A DNA stretch of 64,000 nt from Naegleria gruberi (Eukaryota), in the NCBI GenBank assembly GCA_000004985.1, contig GG738850.1; one strand, 5' to 3'. Below the pieces are notes generated by a model. That model saw nothing but the letters and a program-made list of their open reading frames with translations, was not told the DNA's origin and did no database searches. A program made the translations under genes and the position numbers. Positions 56,771-64,000 of this stretch are shown here, piece by piece (position 1 is the first letter of the stretch; every line of letters starts with the position of its first letter).

Positions 56771-58333
56771 TTAAAGTTTCAAAATGGCATTTTTCAAATC
56801 AGTAATGAGATCTTTAGGTGATTCCAATCCAATACTTAAACGGAGAAGGGATGGTGGAGAGAAATTATCCCATTGGAATCTGTAATCAATGGATGATTCA
56901 ACTCCTCCTAATGAAGTTGCATTCTCAATGATGTTTAAGAGTTTAGGTAATTTTCTGGCTTCCAACGGATCAGATAATTCGAAAGAGAGAATTCCTGGAC
57001 CTTTTCCATCCATTTGCTTTTCACAAATTTCATAATTGGTGAGTTTTCTTTCATTGTTGGATGGTTCAGAAGTTTCCTCAATTGGTTCTTCTGCAGATTT
57101 TAGTTTAGGATAGTGAACTTTGGTTACTTTCATTCTAGTTTCCTCATTTCCAATTTGAGATTGCAACCAATTGGCAACAATTTCAGCAGATTGTGATTGA
57201 TAATTCACTCTCACATTCAAAGTCCTCAAAGATCTCATCAGTAGATAAGCTTCCAAATTTCCCATCACTCCTCCCATCACTGATCGATACGATTTCACGC
57301 TGCTAATCAATCCATTCGATTTTCCAGTAATCATTCCACCCAATAAATCACTATGGCCTCCCATGAATTTAGTTGCACTGTGTAATGCAAAGTCTGCTCC
57401 CCATTTCAATGGTTGTTGAAGAGCTGGTGAAGCAAAGGTTGAATCAACAACCACAAGAGCACCCATTTGTTTTGCCTTTTTAGAATAATATTCAATATCT
57501 TCCAGGTCACATGTTGGGTTGACTGGAGTTTCCAACCAAATAACATCTCCAACATAGAGTCCACTCTTTTTCTCATCAAGTGGTTCCTTTTCTAAATCCT
57601 CCAAATCATGCAATTCCAAAAACATATTTTCCTTATCAAGTTCTTCATTCAATTTCGTATTTGGATTCGAATTTTCTTCACTTTCCAAATTTTTCTTGAC
57701 TTGTTTTTTCAAAATTCCAGAATAGTGTTTTGCAAATGTTCTCAATAGGTCCATAGCATCACTGGTGCCAGAATATCCAACTGCATCATCACTCTCAGTA
57801 AATTTCTTTCCAAATTCCTTATCATGAGGTTTCATTCGTTTAAAGATTCGTTTCGGTCTGAGTGTGAAAAGAAGTGTGAAAGTTGCAGCTTGTCCACTGG
57901 CAAAGGCAACACTTTTGTATTCTTCACTACCTTCTAGGTTTGCTACGAGGGTTTCTAATCGACTTCTTGTTTTGTTATCTTGTATTTCTTCTAGTTTCGA
58001 ATAATGATTAGTTTACTTACGAACACGTGAATAAATATTTCCATCATTTACATCAGAATCGAGAGAGAAAGTTGTGGAAAGATGAAGAGGAGGTGCCAAA
58101 TCACTAACCTTCTCTACTTTCCTATCGGAACAAATTGCAAGAGTAGAAAAGCTCAATTCGTTTGCATCATTCGAAACTTTGGACGAATCTAGAACTTGTT
58201 TAGGTTCGGAAATTGTAGCAATTGGTGAACTTATCACAGAAGCAGTTGGAATTTGTTGTTGCTGTTTGTGTGCATGATTGCTAGAGGAGCGGTCATCAAC
58301 TTCCTTCTTTTTGAACAACTTGAGAAACGACAT
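56771..58333 (-). CDS. Cys/Met-metabolism PLP-dependent enzyme (cystathionine gamma-lyase / gamma-synthase family), 2 exons (58333-58021, 57978-56771), with about 70-aa N-terminal extension and a low-complexity insertion
   Basis: PLP-lysine motif HSATKFMGGHSDLLGG. The N-terminal family motifs STTF...YSRV|HNKTRSRLE...LEG are reconstituted only when the 42-nt intron 58020-57979 (GTAAGT ... CTAAT ... AG) is removed. Spacing then matches YSRSGNPTRxxLE exactly. Confidence 0.8.
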
Positions 58334-58804
58334 TTTTTTTTTGGATGTTTTTTTACAATTCAAGTTCAATGTTCATTTGATTCAGTTTCACTCAGTGATC
58401 AATTGAAAACTGTAGAATTTTACAACGAACCATTATAGAAGATTCAATGTTGTTTAAGATTTTTTGATAATTTTAATAACTCTTTCGGAAGACTGTTTGG
58501 TGATTGGAAAGCAACAAACTTTCGAATAAAAAGTCTTGAAAGTTTGCCAAGATGTTTTATTGTGAATCTGAATTACCATAAAGATCTCAATAGTGAAAAT
58601 TGGTATTTTAAAAGTGAATGGATAATTTTCATCTCTTTCACAATCAACAATTAATTTCTAAATTTGGAAATTAGACAACATGGGTAATTGAGTTTCATCT
58701 TCACAAATCATTGAATCTCTACCATCCTCATGCTGAAATAGTATAAATACGACCCTCAGAAGAAACATTGACTTTCAAACAAAAACAAAAAAAAACAAAA
58801 CAAA

Positions 58805-59935
58805 ATGTATTCGAATAACAAAACTATCCGAAACACCTTGAGCAACTTGTTGCTCCTCACTCTCCTTTCATTGACATTCATTAACTGTTCCTCAATGCAA
58901 AACAACCTCTTTTCATCCAACTCGAGAGGAATTAACGTTGCTGGAGGCACATCAGTGTCATCTGCCAATGAATTTCCACACATGGTGAGCATTCAATACT
59001 ATTCCAGCTCATCAGTTGCCACAGGAATCCACTTCTGTGCAGGAACCATCATCTCCCCACTCCACATTGTAACTGCCTCTCACTGTGATATTGGTGTCAC
59101 TTTAGATAAATTGAGAATCATTGCTGGTAATTCGAATAATCAATGCACTGCTAGTTCTACCTCATGCACCATTCGTAAAGTAACCAAATTCACCAGACAC
59201 CCAAGCTATGACAGTTCTACCATAAAGAATGATATTGCAATCATTGAATTGGATCAACCAATTCCATTGGATGGAGTTAGAGCAGTTGCCGCCAAAATTG
59301 AAAACTTGACTTTGGATCAGTTTCTGTCATCTAGTACTAGCTCAATGGTTAATATTGCTGGTTGGGGAAGGACTACAACTCAATCGAGTGTTCAAGTGAT
59401 TCAGAAGGCTATGGTTCCAGTTTCGCCAATTTCTGTTTGTAATGCTAAAAATTTGGGAGTTTCTTCTCCAAATCAAATTTGTGCTGGTAATGGAAATGGT
59501 GTTGATACTTGTGGTGGTGATAGTGGTGGTCCACTTTTCAGAATTATTGCTGCAGGAACTGCCAACAATAATTTGCCAATCTTTGTCTTGACAGGTGTCG
59601 TTTCTTATGGACCTCCTGGATGTGGTGGCTCAAATGTTGGTGCCTACACCAATGCAACTCAATATATCTCATTTATAAGAGACCAAGTTGGTTCCTCATA
59701 CACAGTTGAGAAGTACGGAGATAGTTCAAAGCCAATTACTCCAACTCCTGTACCAACTCCTTCTCCAGTTACTCCAGTTGTTCCTGTTCCTTCCAATAAT
59801 AATCAATCTTGTAAATGCAAGTGTTATTGTAAGAAGGTTAGACAAATGAGGGAAATGAGATTGAGAGGTGGAAATAATGTTGATGAAAGTCAGTTTATGA
59901 AATGGATAAAGTTAAATCCATTCAAAGCATTGTAA
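58805..59935 (+). CDS. Secreted trypsin-like S1 serine protease with Pro/Thr-rich linker and C-terminal Cys/Lys-rich tail
   Basis: Signal peptide. Catalytic triad motifs TASHC (His), NDIAIIELD (Asp) and GDSGGPLF (Ser). C-terminal PTPVPTPSPVTPVVPVP linker, then CKCKCYCKK. Confidence 0.85.
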   Translation: MYSNNKTIRNTLSNLLLLTLLSLTFINCSSMQNNLFSSNSRGINVAGGTSVSSANEFPHMVSIQYYSSSSVATGIHFCAGTIISPLHIVTASHCDIGVTLDKLRIIAGNSNNQCTASSTSCTIRKVTKFTRHPSYDSSTIKNDIAIIELDQPIPLDGVRAVAAKIENLTLDQFLSSSTSSMVNIAGWGRTTTQSSVQVIQKAMVPVSPISVCNAKNLGVSSPNQICAGNGNGVDTCGGDSGGPLFRIIAAGTANNNLPIFVLTGVVSYGPPGCGGSNVGAYTNATQYISFIRDQVGSSYTVEKYGDSSKPITPTPVPTPSPVTPVVPVPSNNNQSCKCKCYCKKVRQMREMRLRGGNNVDESQFMKWIKLNPFKAL

Positions 59936-60100
59936 ACCATGAGTTTATAGCATAATATTAGAGTTTTCTACAAAAAGTGTAGAAAACAATTTGTAAATTA
60001 ATAAAACACAATTTTGCCTAAACCTTTACTTAGTGTTATATGTTTCATTTGAAGAAGTCGAACTGTTTATCAATAGTATTTAAAACACTATCAACAGACA

Positions 60101-60325
60101 TTAATGTCCAAAGTTTTTTAAACGCTCCACTTCCTCTGGCGTGAGCGATAATTCTTCTTCTTCTTCATCCTCATCGTTTTGTTCCACCTCTCTTTTTTTG
60201 TTGTTTATAATATCATCCATAAGTTGCACAATTTGTTGTGAGTTAATTTCAGGTTTGGAAGATGGAAAGACAAATGTTGTTGGAGTTATGTTAGGAGAGA
60301 ACGATGGTGAGGGTGAGCATGACAT
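60101..60325 (-). CDS. Hypothetical small acidic protein (74 aa)
   Basis: ORF with a poly-Glu stretch. No homolog recognised. May be an exon of a larger gene. Confidence 0.2.
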   Translation of the reverse strand: MSCSPSPSFSPNITPTTFVFPSSKPEINSQQIVQLMDDIINNKKREVEQNDEDEEEEELSLTPEEVERLKNFGH

Positions 60326-60497
60326 TTTTTATGTAGGAAAGAATAAACGAACAATGGAATCAATAGAATATTACAGATTTAAATATTTGACTTGAAAATT
60401 TATTCATAAATTATATTGCTTAACAATAAGAAAATTCAAGGCATCCTTAATGTTATTCCTTAATAAAATACAACAACTGCCCAAAACCGTTAAAAGA

Positions 60498-60585
60498 TCC
60501 GATGAGACGGAATCGAACCGCCGACCACAGGATTACAGTTGTTTCTTGCTACAGTCCCATGCTCTACCAGCTGAGCTATCATCGG
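60498..60585 (-). tRNA. tRNA-Tyr (anticodon GTA) with 14-nt canonical-position intron
   Basis: The reverse complement gives CCGATGA-TAGCTCAGCTGGTAGAGCA-TGGGA-CTGTAAA-[intron AGCAAGAAACAACTGT region]-TCCTG-TGGTCGGCGGTTCGATTCCGTC-TCATCGG-A. The intron lies 3' of anticodon position 37, as in eukaryotic tRNA-Tyr genes generally. Confidence 0.85.
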
Positions 60586-60984
60586 TTACGTTAGTTTCAT
60601 TAAAAATCTTTTTATCAATAATATTACATGTTGAAGTTATTGAAAAATTAAAACAATTTTTTGTATGTACTGTCGCAACAATTACAACAAGGTTACTACA
60701 GTTCAGGAAAATTCACCTTCCTTTTCTCAATATTCTCTTCCAATTCACGATTCTTCCTAATGCACATCGCCGTTAATTGTCAACAGTCACCAAGTTTAAG
60801 CAAGTTTCTGAACCATTTCAAAAAAAAACGTAATCTTATTTGCAATATCATTGTTGCTCTTATCTTCTTCAACTATTATTGCTTTTCTATCAAATATTTT
60901 CTTCTCTACATCTTGAAGATAATTTGTCTCCATATTTACTGTGAGCGGTCATTATTCGAAACTCTGTCACCTGTCCTTTCAAAA

Positions 60985-63294
60985 ATGATGGTCATTATGA
61001 AAGCAAAACAAAAAATGTTCGAACGAAAGACTGCAACTTCAGTAACCACTTCTTCTGAAGCACACGATTCCAACAGCAATAATAACTATACAACAACAAA
61101 TCAAGCACCATCTCTCTCCATCAATAGTAGTGTAGGCCTTCCAGAACACAACCACCATCAACAACACTTTCCTTCCTCATTATCGTCATCCTCTTCTCAA
61201 CAACATCAACAACCTCTGACTAATTCCCCTTCCAATTTATCAATTTTGCGAGATTATAAACATCATCAACAACAACAAGGTAATACTCACCACAACAATA
61301 CCTCACCACAAACACCACCACACTCTCCCCGCCAAAATTCAAACAACACCACCACCAACGGTAATGCATCACCATCTACGGCTAGTAGCACCACCAACAC
61401 CACAACAAACACAAACAAACGGCTAAGTATCAAGTTAGCCTCCAACTCGAGTAAGCGTCTCTCGGTAAATTTGCTGCTGAACAAGCTGAGCGGCGTAGGA
61501 GGTGGTAATAATGATAATGCTGCTCTTCAGCATCACTTGCAACAATATTCGTCATCCATGATGAGACATGGCTCTGGAACTGGTGGTGGTGCTCAAGGAG
61601 GAGTAGGAGGAGGATCGAATAGTATTGCTCCTGGAGGAGGAGGTATTGGAAGTAGTAATGCATTGATTGGAAATATGGATTCAATGAATAATGCTCTGAT
61701 GAGTAGGGAAGGCTCACAGATACTATTGGGTGTTCCCTATAAGGAGGGATTGGGTTATAGAAAGACTTCTCACTGGCCCTATCGTTATAATAAGAGATAT
61801 TTCGTTCTGAAGAATCATCACTTGAGAATTTATCGAGCCATTAATGACTATCAACAACATCAACAGTATTCATCCATTGTCAAACATGCACTCAAACAGC
61901 AGCAACATGGAGATTCGAATATGAATGGAAATGTTGTGGCCATTAATAACATCATTAATCATGATTTGTATAATTCTAGGGATGACAGTAATAATTTGAG
62001 TAATCATAGTATTGTCTCTCCATATTCTAGTTTTACTTCTAATATGATAACCACTCCATCTGGAGATATGATACCTAAAGTTGATACTTCTTCATTCATG
62101 CTCTACAAGATTCCTCTCAAATACTGTAAAATATTCAAGTTTCATACTACTAATACTAATGAATCGACTAATTTGGACTATAGAAGTAGTGCATCCGAAA
62201 TGAATGCAAAGGATGTACCAAGTAAATCATTTGCTACCACTGATAAAAAGGACGAAAAGAAGGAAGATGACGAGGAAGAAGAATTTGAACTTCATTTCCT
62301 TCCTCCTCCTACATATACTGGACCAGGAGTTACAGGACAAAAAGCTTACAAATTACATGAAAATGAGGAGGGCAATACAAACAATATGTCGTCATCACCT
62401 TCATCGGTAATTCATGGAGATGAAGTGGCTTCTGGCTCTGGAGCTAATTCAGCCATTTTCAAGCTGAAATTTAAAGGAACTGCCAATGATTGGTTCAAAT
62501 TATTGGATAAAGCCATCTTTTTGGCCAGTAAAACTGGAGATAATGAGGAAGAGGATGTTTGGAATCAAGAACAAAAGAAGGATTTCGATGAGGAGGAATG
62601 GTTGTCACAATACAAGAAGGAACAACAACAAGATATGATGGATTTACCAGTCTTTTTGAGACCACTTCAAATGCAAATTAAACAACACAATGATGAAATG
62701 CTAATTGACCACCAAGAAAAACAAAAGCAAATTTCTGCCGAGAAGAACATGTCTCTTAAGAAACGTCTCTCTCAATACTTCTCAGGAAGTGGTGCCAGCA
62801 ATGCTAATTCGAATAACAATAATAAGAGAAATTCAGGCAATTCATATGCATACGTCTCTGAAAAACCATTTGATTTGAAGAGTGATAATCTTGTAGATAG
62901 TATTTCCGAGTCAACAACAAGTCACAACAGTAGTAATGAGAAGAGAAAGAGTGGTTATGTTATTGATGATTCGATACCCGACATTACTGACATGAGTCAG
63001 TTACAGGACTTGATTAGACAACACGACGATGATGATTACTCTCAACCATCTCAACCAAAGTTTGCATCGGATCATAAGACTACTAACCATGCAGTCTCCA
63101 GTTTAAAGACAGAAGAAAAGAAAAATTCTGCTCTCCATCGTTTATCAACAAACCTTAGCGAACTATTTTCGAAAAAGAAGCAACAATCAAACACACAAGT
63201 GCCAGATAACTCTGACACCATCTCAGTCGATGGAAAGAAGGAAAAGAGAAAGAGTGTATTCGGAAGGCTGTTGAACATCAACAAGGAGAAATAA
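60985..63294 (+). CDS. Low-complexity (Q/N/S/H-rich) protein with a PH-like domain
   Basis: The track start at 60661 is TTG. The first plausible ATG is at 60985 (MMVIMKAKQ...); an upstream in-frame ATG near 60760 cannot be excluded. PH-like core LGYRKTSHWPYRYNKRYFVLKNHHLRIYRAIND. Confidence 0.45.
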   Translation: MMVIMKAKQKMFERKTATSVTTSSEAHDSNSNNNYTTTNQAPSLSINSSVGLPEHNHHQQHFPSSLSSSSSQQHQQPLTNSPSNLSILRDYKHHQQQQGNTHHNNTSPQTPPHSPRQNSNNTTTNGNASPSTASSTTNTTTNTNKRLSIKLASNSSKRLSVNLLLNKLSGVGGGNNDNAALQHHLQQYSSSMMRHGSGTGGGAQGGVGGGSNSIAPGGGGIGSSNALIGNMDSMNNALMSREGSQILLGVPYKEGLGYRKTSHWPYRYNKRYFVLKNHHLRIYRAINDYQQHQQYSSIVKHALKQQQHGDSNMNGNVVAINNIINHDLYNSRDDSNNLSNHSIVSPYSSFTSNMITTPSGDMIPKVDTSSFMLYKIPLKYCKIFKFHTTNTNESTNLDYRSSASEMNAKDVPSKSFATTDKKDEKKEDDEEEEFELHFLPPPTYTGPGVTGQKAYKLHENEEGNTNNMSSSPSSVIHGDEVASGSGANSAIFKLKFKGTANDWFKLLDKAIFLASKTGDNEEEDVWNQEQKKDFDEEEWLSQYKKEQQQDMMDLPVFLRPLQMQIKQHNDEMLIDHQEKQKQISAEKNMSLKKRLSQYFSGSGASNANSNNNNKRNSGNSYAYVSEKPFDLKSDNLVDSISESTTSHNSSNEKRKSGYVIDDSIPDITDMSQLQDLIRQHDDDDYSQPSQPKFASDHKTTNHAVSSLKTEEKKNSALHRLSTNLSELFSKKKQQSNTQVPDNSDTISVDGKKEKRKSVFGRLLNINKEK

Positions 63295-63406
63295 ATCCTC
63301 TTCATTCAATAATTTTTCAATAGGATGTTACAAATACAAATATAAATATTGAAGTCTTGTCTAACAATTTTAGAACATAAAAGGTCAAATTGAACAAATC
63401 CTTTAA

Positions 63407-64000
63407 TTAAGAAATATCTCCAACTGAAATCATATCTTCACCTTGATCCAATTCCTCCCAACAAGCATCCTTTGAATTTCTATCGAGAACACTCAAATTG
63501 TTGTGCTTTTCAAAAATAGTGGCATTGAGAACTTGTGGTGTTGCTGAGCCAATACTACTTTGGAATGTAAAATCATCCACCTCTGATCCTATATCATTCT
63601 CAGTGTCCAAGTCAGCTTCCTCATTATCACTTGCAATAACCTCGCCTGGATATGATGAATTGGTGTTAGTCACAGCTGTAAAATTGTGTTCAAAAGTGTC
63701 TGGCACTGATGATGATTCTGAGGCCTCACCCATCAAGTCATTCTCTGTTGGATCTTCAAGGTAAGGGTTTTCATCATCTTCAATTGGCTTGGAAAGAATG
63801 TTACTATTATTTCTCTCGAATTGAGGTGAAAAGGTGTCACTTTGATCCATTAAATGTAAGCTATAAGGGAAAAGTGGCATATTCTTTCTATTATGGAAAT
63901 AGGTATCTGACATTACATCTCTATTGTCATCTGTTGCACTGATTGTATCCTTAACTCCAACTTGCTTATCCTTCTTGTTTTTCTTTTTTGGTTTCTCTGA
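63407..64000 (-). CDS. Hypothetical acidic protein, 3' part only (CDS continues beyond window end)
   Basis: The ORF stays open in frame to position 64000 on the minus strand (...EKPKKKNKKDKQVGVKDTISATDDNRDVMSDTY...). Confidence 0.35.
   Translation of the reverse strand, partial: SEKPKKKNKKDKQVGVKDTISATDDNRDVMSDTYFHNRKNMPLFPYSLHLMDQSDTFSPQFERNNSNILSKPIEDDENPYLEDPTENDLMGEASESSSVPDTFEHNFTAVTNTNSSYPGEVIASDNEEADLDTENDIGSEVDDFTFQSSIGSATPQVLNATIFEKHNNLSVLDRNSKDACWEELDQGEDMISVGDIS

Noticed and set aside
57991-58020. Alternative 30-nt intron in the CGL-family gene
   Set aside because: It gives 4 extra residues that break the conserved YSRxxNPTRxxLE spacing. The 42-nt intron, acceptor at 57979, restores exact spacing and matches the modal intron length.
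60450-60776. ORF 60450..60776 (+) overlapping the tRNA-Tyr locus
   Set aside because: It overlaps the antisense strand of the tRNA-Tyr gene, so it is spurious.
1-64000. Assigning the organism (dictyostelid amoeba versus zygomycete or chytrid-type fungus)
   Set aside because: Cues conflict. The tRNA-adjacent LINE and ponticulin-like Cys-rich proteins suggest a dictyostelid. The 40-46-nt modal introns and moderate AT content argue against Dictyostelium discoideum itself. I cannot decide from sequence alone.

Overview
This window is eukaryotic nuclear DNA, AT-rich (roughly two thirds A+T) and gene-dense, not prokaryotic. I can support about 35 protein-coding genes on both strands, two singleton tRNA genes (tRNA-Gly-GCC, and an intron-containing tRNA-Tyr-GTA), one 5'-truncated non-LTR (LINE) retrotransposon remnant, and several repeats. 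There are no rRNA genes, CRISPR arrays or operons.

The ORF track uses ATG, GTG and TTG as starts, so many listed 'M' residues are artefacts; I corrected starts where a real ATG and homology allowed. Genes are interrupted by very short introns, mostly 40-46 nt, with GTAAGT, GTATGT or GTAGGT donors, a CTAAC or CTAAT branch about 15-20 nt before the AG, and AG acceptors. Several adjacent ORFs are therefore exons of one gene, and I give spliced models for those.

Confident products:
- ribosomal protein S3a
- BLOC-1 subunit 1
- long-chain acyl-CoA synthetase
- Rab GTPase
- mitochondrial carrier
- short-chain dehydrogenase (SDR)
- ribulose-phosphate 3-epimerase
- ARL5
- GBF1/Gea-type Sec7 ARF-GEF
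- aminopeptidase N (M1)
- cystathionine-gamma-lyase-family PLP enzyme
- S1 serine protease

Most interesting observations:
- Two near-identical F-box/LRR genes lie in inverted orientation about 23 kb apart and bracket a block of about 12 genes. One copy contains a perfect 288-bp tandem duplication.
- A LINE remnant with RT-thumb, RNase H and zf-RVT domains ends about 160 bp upstream of, and co-oriented with, the tRNA-Gly gene, reminiscent of tRNA-targeted retroelements.
- Four F-box genes and one BTB gene occur in the window. Two of them fuse the E3-adaptor domain to a Ras-like or pseudo-GTPase domain.
- A JmjC-plus-Kelch protein of TYW4/TYW5-like architecture is present.
- A receptor-like kinase with an EGF-like ectodomain has HRN in place of the catalytic HRD (predicted pseudokinase).
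- A cleanly spliced 40-aa cysteine-rich micro-gene sits between ARL5 and GBF1.
- The GNAT and BLOC1S1 genes are convergent with stop codons 1 bp apart.

I cannot name the organism from sequence alone. The features fit an amoebozoan or an early-diverging fungus.
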